A stretch of 64,000 nucleotides of DNA. Origin: Scenedesmus sp. PABB004. Lineage: Eukaryota. A model generated the notes under the pieces. It had not been told where the DNA came from, searched no databases, and saw only the letters and a list, made by a program, of their open reading frames with translations. This document shows positions 28,465 to 42,418 of the stretch, in pieces. The position numbers and the translations under genes are program-made. The stretch is taken from NCBI GenBank assembly GCA_014905635.1, contig JABVCE010000017.1, forward strand, positions 558,001-622,000, given 5' to 3'. Each line of letters starts with the position of its first letter. Position 1 is the stretch's first letter.

Positions 28465-31400
28465 ATGTTTGGGCAGCCGAGCTTCGGTGGTGCGCCTGTC
28501 GGGCGCGGGCGGGCCTTTCGCTGGCGGGTGGCGCCGATCGCGACTGCTCACCCCGCCCTCGCTCGCTCGCAGGCTTCGGGCAGGCGCAGAGCCAGCCCGC
28601 ATTCGGCTCGACACCCGCGTCATCGCCCTTCGGCGGCAGCTCCGCCTTTGGCGCGGCGGTGAGGCGCGCCGGCCATCAGCGGTCCCTGGCGCCGCGCCCG
28701 GGGCGCGGCGGGCCGTGGCAGCGCATCAGGGCGCTATGATCGCGTGCAGCGCCCGCCCTGGCGCGCGGCCGCGCCGCCTGAGCCCGCGCTCCGCCCGCGC
28801 CTCGCAGCCATCGCCGTTCGGCGCCACCCCCGGCGGCAGCGTGTTCGGGGCGTCGCAGGTGAGCGGCGTGGCGGCAGAGGCGCCGCCAGATCCACGCCCA
28901 GCCGGCGCCGGCGGACCCGGCGGCGCGCGGGCGGCGCGGCGCGATCGACAACCGCTGCCGCCGCTGCTGCGCCCGCGCGCGCGCGCAGCCGGCCTTTGGC
29001 GCCGCCGCGTCGACGCCCGCGTTCGGGGCGCAGAGCCAGGGCGGCATGTTTGGCGGCAGCGCGTTCGGGGTGAGAGAGCAGGCGCCCCACCGCGGCGCCA
29101 GCGGCAGCGCGGCGCGCGGCTCCGACCCCCGCTGCCCCGCCGCGCGCAGGCCAAGCCCGCAGGCGGCTTTGCGTTTGGGGGCGCCGCCGCCACGCCGTCG
29201 CCCTTTGGCGCGCCCTCGCAGGCGCGCGGCCGCGGCGGGGGCAGGCGCGCGCGGCCGCTCGCCTGGCGCCGGCGCGGCGCGGCGCCCCCGAACCCCGCCC
29301 GCCGCCCGCACCGCCGCCGACCCGCAGCCCGCGTTTGGCGCCGCGGCGAGCACGCCGGCGTTTGGCGGCTTTGGCGGCGCCAGCACGCCCGCCTTTGGCG
29401 CCGCGAGCAGCGCACCCGCGTTTGGCGCGCCCGCCGCGGCGACGCCGTCGTTCGGCGGCTTTGGCGCGCCCGCCGCGGCGGCGCCCGCGTTTGGCGCGTC
29501 GCCCGCGGCCGCCGCGCCCGCGTTTGGCACGCCCGGCTCGGCAGGCTCGGCGTTCGGCGCGCCCGCGTCGGGCGGCTTCGGCGCGCCCGCGGCGGCGGCG
29601 CAGCAGGCGCGTGCACGCCCCGCGCGCGCGCGCGCGCCCGCGCCACCCTCTCCCTCCCTCTCCCTCTCCCTCCCTCCCTCTCCCTCGCCCGCCCTCGCCC
29701 GCCCTGCGCCCGCGCTCACCTCGCGCCCTGCACGCGCCCCCGCCCTGCAGAACATGGGCAGCCGCGTCGCGCCATACTCAAAGCACCAGGACAAGGACAC
29801 GAGCAGCAGCAGCAGCAGCGCGCCGACGACCGTCTACTACGCAACCATCACAGCGCTGCCCGTGTATCAGACCAAGAGCGTGGAGGAGCTGCGCTGGGAG
29901 GACTACAGCGCGGGTGACGCGGCGGCGCGCGGCGCGGCGCGGCGGAGGAGCCCGCGCGGCGCGGCGGAGGAGCGCACGCGCGCGGCCGCTCACGCGCCTG
30001 CCCCGCCGGCGCTGCCCCGCCGCCGCCGCGCCCGTGTGCCCGTGTGCCCGGCAGGCATCAAGAACGCGAGCAGCGCGCCGCCGCCGGCGGCCGCGCCCGC
30101 GGCGGGCGGCGCGTTTGGCGGCGCCGCGGGCGGCGCGTTTGGCGGCTTCGGCGGCGCCAGCGCCGGCGCCGGCGGTGTGTTTGGCGCGGCGAGCGGGTCG
30201 TCGCCGTTTGGGGCGAGCTCGAGTGCGCGCCGCGGCCGGCGGCACGGCGCCCGCGCCGCCGACTGCGCGCGCACCCTGACGCGCGCGCTGACGCGCGTCC
30301 CCGCGCGCGCCCCGCCCGCGCCGCCGCAGCGCCCGCGTTCGGCGCCACGTCGACGCCCGCATTTGGCGGCGGCTTTGGCGCGACGCCCGCGGCGAGCGCG
30401 CCGGCGTTTGGCGGCTTTGGCACGCCCGCCGCCGCCGCGCCCGCGGCCGGAGGCGGGCTCTTTGGCGCGGCGGCCAGCAGCGGCGGCTTCAGCTTTGGCG
30501 GCGCGAGCACGCCCGCCTTTGGCGCCGCGAGCAGCGCGCCCGCGTTTGGCGGTGCGCGGCGCGGCGCGCGGGCCGCGGCCGGCCCGCAGGCGCTGCCCTC
30601 GCGCCCGCCGCGCGCCGCCCCTCACGCCGCCGCCTGCGCACCGCCCCTCACGCCGCCTCCCCGCCCCTGCCCCCGCAGCTGCCTCGACGCCGTCGCTCTT
30701 CGGCGGCGGCGCCTTTGGCGCAGCGAGCAGCGGCGGCGGGCTGTTTGGCGCGTCGCCGGCGCCCGCGTTTGGCGCGGCGAGCGGCAGCAGCCCTTTTGGC
30801 GCGAGCAGCAGCCCCGCGTTCGGCACGCCCAGCAGCAGCCCGTTCGGCGCCTCGACGCCCGCGGCAGGCGCGCGCCGCACGCTCGCAGCGCCGCGCCCGC
30901 TGCGTCGCGCCCGCGCGCGCCCGCGCGCTCACGTCGCCGCCCGCGCCGCCCGCGCCGCGCAGGCGCGGGGGCCTTTGGCGCGCCCGCGGCCGGCGGCTTC
31001 AGCTTTGGGACGCCCGGCGCCGCCGCCAAGCCGGCGGGCGGGGGGTTCAGCTTCAGCAGCAGCCCCGCGAGCGGCGGGCTCTTTGGCGCGCCCGCGAGCA
31101 CGGGTGCGGCCGGCGCCCGCGAGCCGCGCCCGCGCCGCCGCCGGCGCGGGCGCGTCCCCGCCCCGCGCGCGCCGCGCGCCGCGCGCGCCGCTCGCCCTGC
31201 CCACGCGCGCCGGCCGCCCGCCGCAGGCTCGCTCTTTGGCGCGAGCACCACGGGCGCGTTTGGCAGCTCGTTTGGCGCCGCGAGCCAGCCGGCCGGCGGG
31301 TCGCTGTTTGGCGGCAGCACAGGTGTGCGCGCGCGCGTGCGGCGTGGGCAGCCGCGGCCCGCGCGCCAGCAGCGGCGCCGCACCGCGCCGCGCTGCGCGG

Positions 31401-34400
31401 CCCGGTGCCCTGCCCCACCCGCCCGCCGTCCGCGCGCGCCCAGGTGGCCTCTTCGGCGCCAGCCAGCCCGCGGCCGGCGGCGGCTTGTTTGGCGCGGCGG
31501 CGCCCGCCGCAGCGCCAGGTGCGCGCCGCGCTGCCCGGCGCGCTGCACGCGGCGGCTGCGCGCGCGGTCAGCAGAGGCGCTTTGACGCGCCCGCCGCGCG
31601 CGCCGCCGCCGCCGCGCCCACGCCGTCCCGCCGCCCCCGCCGCCAACCGCACCACGCCGCCGCCGCGCCGCAGCTTTTGGCGGCTTTGGCGCGCCCGCGG
31701 CGGGCGCGGCGCCCGCGGCGGCGCCGGCGGGCATCAACCAGCAGCCCTACGGCGCCCTCGCCCCGCTGCCGACGGTCACCGTCCCGGAGCACAAGGTGCG
31801 TGGCGCAGCCACGCGAGCGTCGCACGTCACAGCGTCACGTGATGACGCTTGGACGGCCGCGGGGCGCGCGGCGCTGGCTTTTGGCCCGCCCTGACCATCT
31901 GCCCCGACCATCCGTCGCCGTCCCCCCAAACCCCAAAACCCCGAACCGCCAGGTCGGCATCACGCAGCGCCCCGTGCGCGGCGCGGTGACGAGCATGCGC
32001 CCGAGCCCGCTGCTCACGCTGCGGACCAACACGCCCAAGTTTGGGCTCGGCGGCGGCGGCGCGGCCGCGGCCGCGGCGCGCAGCGGCGGCGCCGGCGCGC
32101 TCGCGGGCGCGACGGGTGCGCCGCGCCGCGCGCCACGGCTCCCTCCGTCCAGCCGCGCCTCTCGCTGTCCCGCGCCGCGCCTCGAAATGCAAGAAAACTG
32201 ACAGAGAAATGACGCATCCGCGCGCGCGCAGGGAGCGGCTCGCCGTACAGCCTCAACCTGGGCGCGAGCCCCGGCGGCGCCGGCGGCAGCCCCGGCGCGG
32301 CGCTGCTGCTGCCGGTGCGGGACAACCCCCACAGGCTCTTCATTCGCTCCCCGCCGCCCGCGACGACGCCCGCGGCGGGGAGCAGCCTCAGCCCCGCGAC
32401 CGGCGGCGGCAAGGGCGGCGGCGGCGGCGAGGAGGGGACGCCGATGCGGTGAGCGGCGCGCGCGCGCGGGCGCGGCGGCGGCTGCGGCTGCGGCGGCGGC
32501 GGCCGGCCGGCGCTGCGCGCGGCGGCGCTCACGCGGCCGCCCGCCTGCCCGCGCCGCGCCGCGCCGCGCGGGCGCAGCACGCCGCCGCCGCGGCGCTTCA
32601 CGCCCTCGCCCGGCGGCGAGCCCGCGCCGCCGGCGAGCAACGGCGGCGCCGCCGCGCCCGACGGCGGCCGCGGCGGCGAGGCGAGCCCGGCGCCGCCGCC
32701 GTCCGGCGGCGGCGCCGACGGCGCCGCGGAGCACGGCGCCGCCGCCGACGCGCCGCGCCTCGGCGGCTTGAAGGCACTCGGGTACTCCACAGAGCCGCCC
32801 ATCAGCGAGCTGCAGGTGCCCGCGCCCGCCCGCCCGCCCGCGCCGCCCGCGCGCCCGTGCCCGCACGCCCGCGGCCCACGCCACCCGCGCCGCGCCGCCG
32901 CCGCCGCGCAGGCGCTCGCGCGGTCGAGCCCCGGCGCGCTGTCGCGGCTGGCCGGCTTTGCGGTGCGCCGCGAGGGCTACGGCTCGCTCGAATGGCTCGT
33001 GCCCGTCGACGTGGCGGGCGTGGACCTGGAGGACGTGGTCCAGATCGAGCGCGGTGCGTTGTTGTTGCCCCGGCTCGTCGTTTTGTCTGGTTTTAGTGTT
33101 TCTGTGTGCTTTTCTTGTGTGTTTGTGTGTGTGGACGAGCTCAGCCTCACAACAGACGCCTGAGCGTCGCCGCGGCCCGCCGCCTGCCCCTCGCATCCCC
33201 CTCAACTCCCCTCTGCCCCTCTGCCCTGCCCAGGCGAGGTGTCGGTGTACGTCTCCTCCGGCGCCGCCAAGCCGCCGGTCGGCGCGGGGCTCAACGGCCC
33301 CTGCCGCGTCAGCCTGAGCGGCGTGTTCCGCAAGGCCCGCGGCGGCGGCGCCGCCAACGGCGGCGACGCGGCCGGGCCCGACGCCGCCGCGGCGGCGGCG
33401 GGCTTCCGGCGGCGCCTGGCCAAGTACTGCAGCGAGATGGGCGCCCGCTTCGTGAGCTACGACCCCGCCGACGGCCTGTGGGTGTTCGAGGTGCGCGCCG
33501 CGGCCGCGCGGCTGTTGTGGCTGGTCGCGCCCCAGCGGGCGGGGGCGCGCCGCGCGCCGCGCGCCAGCCGGCGGCCCAGCAAACGCGCGCTCACGCACGA
33601 GCTCACACGCACGCACGCACGAGCTCACACGCACGCACGCGCACACGCGCGCACGCGCGCGTGCCGCGCCCAGGTGGAGCACTTCAGCCGCTACGCCGCG
33701 CCCATGGACGAGGACAGCGACGACCCCGACAGCCAGCCCGGCAGCGGCGGCGGCGGCGGCAGCGGCGGCGGCTACGGCGGCAGCGACGGCGACGGCGACG
33801 ACGAGCCGATGCAGGGCGACGGCGGCCCGCCCGCGGGCAAGCTCGTCGCGGCGGCGCCGGCGGAGCCGGAGCTCACGTTTGGCTGCGCGCCGCGCGGCGG
33901 GTCGGTTGGCGAGGACGACGCCGACGGCGGCGGCGGCGACGTCACGCAGCTGCAGCGCGGCGAGCCGCTCGGCGACGGCATCGGCGACGGCGACGGCGAG
34001 GCGGCGGCCGGCCTCGGCGGCCTGCCGCTGCAGCACGCGCTGCCCGCGCTGCTGGGCCACAGCCCGGAGGGCCTCTTCGCGCTGCGGGGCGCTTTTTTTT
34101 AGTCGGGGCGGGGCGCCCAGCGCCCCCGGCGCGCGCGCGCTGAGCCTCGCCGCGGCCAGCGCGGCGGGCGGGCGCGGCGCGGCGGGGTATGGCGGGGGCG
34201 CCCCGGGCGCGGGGTTTGGGGACGGCGTCGGCGCCGGCGAGGGCGCCTTCGCTGGCGCCGGTGACGTCGACGAGGAGATGGGCGGCGGCGGCGGCGGCAT
34301 CGAGCTGCGGCTGCCGCAGGGCCTGGGCGGCGCCGCGCCGCAGCACAACTGGCAGCGCCCGCGGCCCGCGCTGCTGCAGCAGCCGGCGGCGGCGCGCGAC

Positions 34401-34955
34401 GGCTCCCCCGCGCGGCGGCGGGAGCAGCAGCTGGCGGTCTGGGGCGGCGGCGGTGACGCGGACGGCGACGTGGACAGCGGCGCGCGCGCCGAGCGCGGCG
34501 CGCTCGTCGTCGCGCCGCTCACGCCGCGCGCGCTGGCGCAGCAGCGCCGCCGCGCCGAGGCGGCGGGCGGCGGCGGCGCCGGCGCGCCGCCGGCGCTGCT
34601 GCCGCCGGCCGCGGCGGTCGCCGCGAGCGGCGTGGTGGTGGACGCGAGCCTGATGCTGGGGCGATCCTTCCGGGTGGGCTGGGGCCCCGGCGGCGCGCTC
34701 GCGGTGCCGCTGAACCCAGGGCTCGGCGGCGCCGGCAGCGCGGCGGACGAGAGCGGGCTGCCGTGCGTGGAGCTGCGCCGCGTGTTGCCGGTCGCGGCGC
34801 TGGCCGGCGCGGGCGGCGGCGGCGCGGAGGAGGAGGGCGGCCCCTCGCCCGCGCCGCTGGCCGGCGCCGCGGCGGCGGCCGCCGGCGCGGCGCTGCGGCA
34901 GCGCGTCGTCTCGGCGCTGGAGATCCAGCTCGAGGCGAGCGGCCCCGAGGGCGGC

Positions 34956-34995
<40 letters not shown>

Positions 34996-35060
34996 AGCCC
35001 TCCGACGCGGCGGGCGGCGACGGCGCGGAGGGGATGCAGGGCGTGGAGCAGCCGGCGGGT

Positions 35061-35111
<51 letters not shown>

Positions 35112-35333
35112 CCGCAGTGGGCTCTGCGCGTCGACCGGCGGCAGCTCGCCGCGTTTGCCGAGGCGCAGGCGGCCGCGCTCGAGCGCGCCGCCGCGGCGGC
35201 GGCGGCGGCGACGACGGCGTGCCCGCGGCGGCGGCGGGCTGCGGGCGGCACGCGCGGGAGGTGTGGGGCCTCGTAGGGGTGCTGTTTGAGCACGTGGACG
35301 GCGAGGACGACGCCAGCGACGCCGCCAACAACA

Positions 35334-35376
<43 letters not shown>

Positions 35377-37819
35377 GCTGATGATGCTGCGCGCCGGCGG
35401 CGACGGCGACGGCGGCGACAGCGATGCACGGGAAGCCGCCGAGCGCGGCGGCAGCCGGCTCGCGCTCGCCGGCATGCGGCGCAAGGCCGCGCTGTCGCGC
35501 TGGCTCGCCCGCAAGCTGCGCCCGCGCGTGGAGGCGCGGCTGCGCGCGCTGCAGGGCCCGGCGGGCCTCGCCGGCGCGGGGCTCGGCGGCGCCGCGGGCA
35601 GTGGCGGCGGCGGCGGCGGCGGCGAGGCCGAGGCGCTGCTGTGGTCGCTGCTGCTGCTCGTGTCGTCGCGCCAGTTTGCGGCGGCGGTCGCGCTCGCCGT
35701 CGCGGCGGGCGACGCGCGGCTCGCCACGCTGCTCGCGGCGGCGGGCCAGGCGGCCGGCGGCGCCGGCGCGGGCGCCGTCGCGCAGCAGGCGCAGGCCTGG
35801 GCGCGCGCGGGGCTGCTGCCCGGCCGGCTCTCGCGCCCGCGGCGCCTGCTGCTCGCGCTGCTCGCCGCCGCCGCGCCGGCGCCGGGCGGCGCCGGCGGCG
35901 TGGGCAGCCCGGACGGCCTCGTCGGCGTCGCCACTGCGTTGCGCCTCGACTGGGCGGCCGCGTACGGACTCTGGCTCTGGTGAGCGAGCGGGCCCCGCCC
36001 GGGGCGCCCGCCCGCCCCGCGCCGCCGCGCGTCGCCCCCGCTCGCCGTCCGTCGCTCGACCCCGCGCCGCGCGCGCGCGCCGCCGCGTCGCCCCGCCCCG
36101 CAGGTTTGGCGTGCCCTTCACCGAGCCCATCGCCGCAACGACGGCGGCGTTCACGGCGGCGCTCACGCGCGCGGCGGACCTGCCGCGCCCGCTGCCGCCG
36201 CACGCGGCGCCGCGCGGCGCCGGCGCGCGCGCCGGCCCCGCGGGCGCGGCGGTCGCGGACACGCAGTTCTGCCTGCTGCAGCTCGCGGCGCTCGGGCCGC
36301 ACGGCCTCGGCGCCGGGCTGCTGGACGCGTGTGACGGCGCGCAGGGCGGCGCGCAGGGCGGCGCGCAGGGCGGCGGCGGCATCGGGGCGCTGCTGGGCCG
36401 GCTGCTGCGCGTCGCGGGGCACACCCCAAACCCGCTGGACTACGGCGGCGCGTGGCAGCTGCTGGCGCTGCTGCAGAGCGTGGGCGCGCTGCCGCGGCGG
36501 CGCGACGAGTGTAAGCCGCCAGCGGCGCCGCGCCGCCGCGCCGCGCCACGCACCGCCTCAGCGCCGCGCCGCCGCGCCGGGCGGCCGCCCTCCTGACGCT
36601 GCGCGCGCCGCCGCGGCGCCGTCGCCGCGCCCGCAGACGAGGAGCTGGCGGTGCGCGTCGGCGCGTCGGCCATCGCGCAGCTGCTGCTGCTGGGAGGCGA
36701 CGCGGCGCCGTGGGCGGCGTTTGTCGCGCTGCACCTGCCCGACGCGGCGCTGAGCCCCGGCTGCCGTGGCGCGGCGCTGCGCGAGCTGCTGCAGCTGACG
36801 GCGCCCGACTGGGCGGAGCGGCCGCACCTCGTCGGCTGGCTGCGCGGCACGCTGCGCCTGCCGCTGCCCTGGCTCCACGGCGCGCAGGGCACCTGGGCCG
36901 GCTACTGCCGCCGCCCCAGCCTGCAGCTGCTGCACCTGCTGGCCGCCGGCGACTGGCCCGCCGCGCACGACGTCGCGTGCCGCACCGTGGCGCCGCTGCT
37001 CGCGCTCGCGGCGGCCGCGCCGGGCGGCGCGTCGCCGGCCGCGGCCGCCGCCGCCGTCGCGCGGCGGCGCGGCAGCGGCGTGGGCGCGGGTCCCGGCGGC
37101 GCGGCCGAGGCGGCGGTCGCCGAGCTGGTCGCGGCGGCGGCCGACTTCCTGGACGCCGCGGGCGACGAGGCGGCCGCGGCAGCGCGCGCCGACGCGGCCG
37201 CCGCCGCCGACGACGGCGCGCCCTGGTGGGCGAAGCCCGCCGAGCTGGCGGGCGAGCCCTCCGCGGCCGCCGCAGCCGCGGCGTACGTCGCTGCCGTCGC
37301 CGCGGGCGGCGCGCCGGGCGGCGCGGGCCGCGCGCTCGCCGCGCTGTGCCGCGTGCTCGGCGCCGCGCGCGGCGCGCTCGGCCCGCGTGGCAGCTCGGCG
37401 CGGGCGTGTACGGCGCGTGGGCGGGCGCGTTCCTGGACGCCGACGGCGGCCTGCGCGACCCCGCGGGCGCCGCGGGCGCCGGCGACGCCGGTCTCGCGGG
37501 CGACGCGGCGGAGCGCTGCCTCCACCTCGCCGACCTGCTGGCGCGCGCGGGCGACGGCGCCGGCGCCGGCGCCGCCGCGTGGTGGGGCGGCCCGCTGCAG
37601 CGCCTCGTCGCGGCGCGCATGACCGCCGACGCGGGACGCGCGCTCGTGCGGCTCGGCGCGGCCGCCGGCGGCGGCGCCGGCGGCGCCGCGCCGCTGCTCG
37701 CGCCGCTCGCGGCGGGCGGCTTCAGCGGCGGCGGCCTGCCCGGCGGCGGCGGCCTCCTGTTGGGCGGGCAGGGCGGGCCGGGGCTGCTGGCTGGCGCCGC
37801 GGCGGGCGTCGGGGTGTGA
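28465..37819 (+). CDS. NUP98: Nuclear pore NUP98-NUP96 precursor (FG repeats, GLEBS, autoproteolytic domain, Nup96)
   Basis: MFGQPSFG start and many FG-repeat exons. GLEBS motif TITALPVYQTKSVEELRWEDY. Autoprotease domain GYSTEPPISEL...FVSYDPADGLWVFE|VEHFSRY with the HF/S site at 33680-33688. Nup96 motif DASLMLGRSFRVGWGPGG. Apparent frameshifts at about 34095, 35220 and 37385. Confidence 0.92.
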
Positions 37820-37992
37820 GCGCGGCGCGGAGGGCCGGCCACTTACGCGCTGCACGACGCGCTGAAACCGCGCGAGCGCGCCGCCATCGAGCCCGCGGGG
37901 AGTTTGATCAGGCCGGCCCTCTTGGCTCGCGTACAGGCAACGAGCGCGCACGCACGCACGACGCGCACGCGCTCGCCGCCGGCCGGCCAGCG

Positions 37993-39149
37993 ATGACCAG
38001 CGCCGCCGCGGCCGTGGACGGCGAGCCCGGCATCAAACGCTCGCCGAGCTTGCACACGCTCGCGCACTCGCTCAGGGCCACCAGCGTCACCGCGCCGGAC
38101 GTGGGCACCAAGGTCTGCCGCAGCAGCGCCGGCGGGCTGCGCGGCCGCAAGCCCCCCAGGGGCGCCGCGCCTCGCCCGGCAGCCCCGGCAACCGCGGCAG
38201 CCCCGGCAACCGCGCCGCACGCTCCGTGGGCGGCGTGCCCGCGGGCGCGACCGCGGCGGCGGCGCCGGCAGTTGCCGCTGCTCGCGCGCCGCTGCTCGCG
38301 CGGCTGCGGCCGACGCGCCGCCGCGCGGCGGGGTCGCAGGAGTTTGTGGCGTGCTGCGAGGAGATACTGCCGTTCTTCGACCACCTGGGCCCCGTGTTTG
38401 CCGTCGCGCGGGGCGAGTTTGAGGCGAAGCTCGACGTCCTGCAGGCGCAGGCCGCGGCGGCGCCGCGCCTCGCGGCCGTCGTCGCGGCCGACCGCGCCGC
38501 GCAGCGTGCCACGGTCAAGAACAGCGCGACGCGCAACCTGCACCGGCTCACCGCGGCCATCCTGTTCGTCAAGCTGCTCTTCGAGCGGCTCGTGGCAACA
38601 GACGCGGAGCCCGACGCAGGCGGCGGCGGCGGCGGCGGCGGCGGCGCGACGCTGCGCGAGGCAGCGAGCGCAGCGTGCGCGCCGCGCCGCGCCACCTGCA
38701 GCCCGAACGGCGCTGGCCGCGGGCCACCACCCGCCGGCGCGCGCCGGCGCCCAGGCCCGCCCGCGCGCCCGCGCAGGTACGAGGCGGCGCTCGCGCCCTT
38801 CCACACAGCCATCGTGCGCGGCGTGGTGCGCGCGGGGCTGCTGACGCTGCCGACCCGGGAGGCCTTCATCGCCGCCATTGGTGCGGCGCGGGGCGCGGGG
38901 CGGGGCGGGGCTGGGCGCGCGGGGCCGCCCGCGCCGGCGTGGCGCTCCGGCGGGAGCCGCGCGACCGCGCCGCCGCCGCGTGCCGCCCCCTGCGCCGCCG
39001 TCCCCTGCGCGGCAGGCGAGAGCGAGGACAGCGCGGCGGAGCGCGCGCGCGAGGTCGTGTCGCACTGCGCCGCCGTGCACGCGGCGGTGAGCGGCCTCCT
39101 CGGGGGCATCGACATGCCCGCCAGCAGCGTGTGGCTCTGGCCGCGGTGA
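37993..39149 (+). CDS. Glycolipid transfer protein family, ACD11/CPTP-like
   Basis: EFVACCEEILPFFDHLGPVFAVARGEFEAKL, KNSATRNLHRL and YEAALAPFHTAIVRGVVRAGLLTLPTREAF are GLTP-fold motifs. About 4 exons. Confidence 0.85.
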
Positions 39150-39653
39150 CCGCGTGCGCCTGGCAGCTCAGCGCGCGCGGCGCCGCCCCCCGGCCACCGC
39201 TCCCGCCGCTGCCGCTGTCCAGGCAGTCAGCCTCTTGCTTGCCCGCCGCCCGCGGCCGTCGCGCGCCGCGCGCCGCGCGTGCTGGGCCGCGGTCGCTCCG
39301 CCCACGACAAGCGGCACCGCGAGCCGCGGCCTGGCGAGGTGCAGCGGCAGGCCAGGCACCCCCCAGGACAGCCCGGCCGGCGCGGCGCGCGCCGCAGCGA
39401 GGGCCCGCGCCGCCGGCCTGCACCCCGCGCCTGCACCGCGGCCGTCCGCCCGCCGCCCCGTCGCTGCCGCTGACCACACCGGCCTGTGGGCCCCAGCCCC
39501 GTCGCGGCCTCGCGCGCCCGCCCTGCCCGCGCGCCGAGCAGCAGCAGCATCGGCGGCAGCGGCGGTGGTGCTCCGAGCACCGCTGCGCGCCCCCGCGGTC
39601 CCGTCGGCCCGCGCCAGCCCTCGCCAGCGCCTCTCGCTTGAGGCACAGGCATC

Positions 39654-42418
39654 ATGAGGCCCGAGACCGCGGAGCTGGAGGGCTGGCTGGGCCGCTGCGC
39701 GCGCGCGAGCAGCGTGGACGCGCTCGCGGCGGACGGCGTCGCCGGGGAGTCGCTGCGCGCCTACTTTGCCGGCCTGTCGAAGGCAGCCACAGCCAGTGGC
39801 TCGCCCTGCGCCGACCTGGCCGCGCTGCTGGCCGCCGGCGTGCAGGCGCGGCTGATCCAGGCCGTGGTCCGCGCGCTGGCGCTGGTGGCGGCGGCGCCGG
39901 CGACGCAGGTGGCGCTGGTGAACAGCATAGACTTCGCCGGCACGCTCAATGCCCTGTGCAGCGTTCAGCAGCAGAGCCATGAGATGCGCGCCATGCTTGG
40001 CGCGCCGAAGGCGGAGCTGGCGGCCGAGGTGGAGCGCGCGGGTGAGCGGCGGGCGGGCGGCGGGCGGCGGGCGTTGGCGGCCTGCGCGCCAGCAGCTGCC
40101 GGGCCTACCCCTGCCCAGACGGTGACCATCGCGCCCGCACAGGCATGCTGCCGCCGCTGGCCGCGGCCTGCGCCGCCCACGCCGCGGAGCTGGAGGCCCA
40201 GCAGCGGCGGCGGCAGCAGCAGCAGCTGCTGCGGCAGAGGTGCGCCGCTGAGCTGATTGCACTGAGCATGGCGGCAGGTGCGCTGCTGATGGCAGCAGAC
40301 ACCGCGTGTGACGCCTGGCCACAAGACCACCAGCTGGAGGGCCCGCTGCTGCCGCTGGCGCAGCCGGCCGCGCGGCTGGCGCTCGCGGTGCTACGCTGCG
40401 CCGGCGCCTTGCGCGCGGCGGCCAGTGGCATGCTGTCATTTGCGGTGCCTCTGGTGCAAAACGCGTTGACATATGCTCACATTGCAGCCTGGTGGACAGC
40501 CCAGAGTACCCTGGCCCAGCAGCCTGGCCGCGAGACTGCAGAGACGCTGCTGGCAGACCCAGCGGTGCAGCAGCTGCTGCTGGCCAACCTTGCCCTGCGC
40601 GCGGCGCACCGGCACGAGGCGCAGCGCGGCCGGCCGGCTGCCGCCGACGGTGGCGCCGGCTCTGCCGGCGGCAGCGCGCCCGTCGTGCCGGCCCGGCACG
40701 CCGCGCTGCTGCGCGCGCTGGGGCTGGATGCCTCTGCTGTGCCCCCGGGTGAGCACAATGAGAACCTGGTGGAGTGTAGCATCGCTGCAGTAGATATGCT
40801 GTTTGATGTCTCGCCGCCGACCGGCTGCGGCGGCAGCCTGCCGCAGCCACGCGGCGCGGGGCTGGCGGCCGCGGCGGCGGAGGTGGCACTGGAGCTGGTG
40901 GCTCTGCAGCCGACTTGGCGCTTGCTGGTGGCCGGCGTGAAGTGCGCCGGCACCATCAAAAACTGCCTCCGGCCAGCCTCCGAGGATGGGGCGTGGGACA
41001 ACCAGGCGGCGGCAGACGCAGCGTCGGCGGCGGTGCTGCGCGCGTTCCTGCCGCTCGCCCGGCCCGTCGCCGCCGCGCTGCTGGAGCCGGAGGCGGGCGT
41101 CGCGCCCCTCACGGCGGCGGCAGCCGCGCGCACAGACGGCGCGGACGAGCTCGAGGCTGACCGGCACAATGCTGAGAACGGTCTGGCGGGCTGTGCCCAA
41201 GTCCTGCTGCTGAGCAATGGAGCAGAGGGTGCGTGGTGTGCTGCGCTGGCGGCAGCTGGCCTGGTCGCTGAGGGGCGCACACCTCCCTGTCTGCGCGCTC
41301 GCTGACTCTGCCGCCGCCGCCGACACTGCTGCCGCTGCGCAGCGGACGCAGCGCTGGCGACGTTTGCGCGCCAGGACCCCTCCACGCTGTGCCGGCTGCT
41401 CGAGGGCTCAGCCAGGAGCTGGGCGGGCAAGGAGAGCCCGCGGGACGCCCTGGGCGCAGCCCACGCAGCGTGCAACGCCATCAGGCGGCTCGGGCCCAGC
41501 CTGGCAGCCGCGGCGGCGCTGGCGACAACCCAGGGCGGCGCGGGCCTGCGGCTGCAGCGCGAGGTGTTTGCCTGCCTGCTCACGGCCCTCAAGTGCGCGG
41601 CGGTTGGCGTGGGACCGGCGGCAGCCGCCCTTGGCAGGCATGAGCAGCTGCTGGCACTGGCGAGGTCGTGCCTGGACGTGGTGCGCGCCGGTTGTGCTGT
41701 CGGCGACGCGGTGGCGCGCGCGCAGCCGGCAGCTGTCGCAGCCGCCGGCGGCCAGCTCGCGTACGAGCCGCCCGCGCTGTGGGCGGTGCTGGCGGCGCGC
41801 GGCCTGGCGGTGATGGCGCAGCTGCTGAGCCAGCCGCTGGCGGCGCTCGAGCCGGCGGCTGGCGTGGCCTTGCCGAGCGATGCTGGCGCGCCTGGCGAGC
41901 TGGAGCTGCTGGAGACTGCTGCCGGCGTGCTGGCGCACCTGCACAGCGCAGCGGTGCTGCTGGGCACTCGCCTGCGCGCGCTGGGGCCGCTGCCGGCGGA
42001 CGCCTCGCGCGCGGGCCTGGAGCGCCTGCTGGCGCAGCAGGAGCAGCTGTGCACGGCGTCGGCTGAGCTGTTCACGCAGCTGTATGGTGACGACGCCCTG
42101 GACGACGACGATGCGGCCTCGCTCGCCACAGCGCAGGAGCAAGGCCCCGCGCTGGTCGCGCAGGCGGAGGAGCTGTGCAGCGCGGTGTGCGCCACGCTGC
42201 CGCTGCGCGCGTGCTGCAACAACCTGCGCTGCGTCGCGCTGGCCGGCGCGCTCAGCGAGCTGGCGGCGGTGCGCGGCCGGACGTGCGCGGGGTGCGTCAC
42301 GTCGGCCGCGCCCGCCCGCTTCTGCAGCCTGGCTTGCCAGAGGGCTGCGTGGCGCGCGCACAAGCCGGTGTGCCGCGCGCTGGCCGCGGCGGCGGCGGGC
42401 GCGCCGGGCGCCGAGTGA
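39654..42418 (+). CDS. MYND-family copy 4 (3 exons, apparently intact)
   Basis: MRPETAELEGWLGRC start, conserved intron positions, CCNNLRC...CAGC...FCSLACQRAAWRAHKPVC. Confidence 0.85.
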
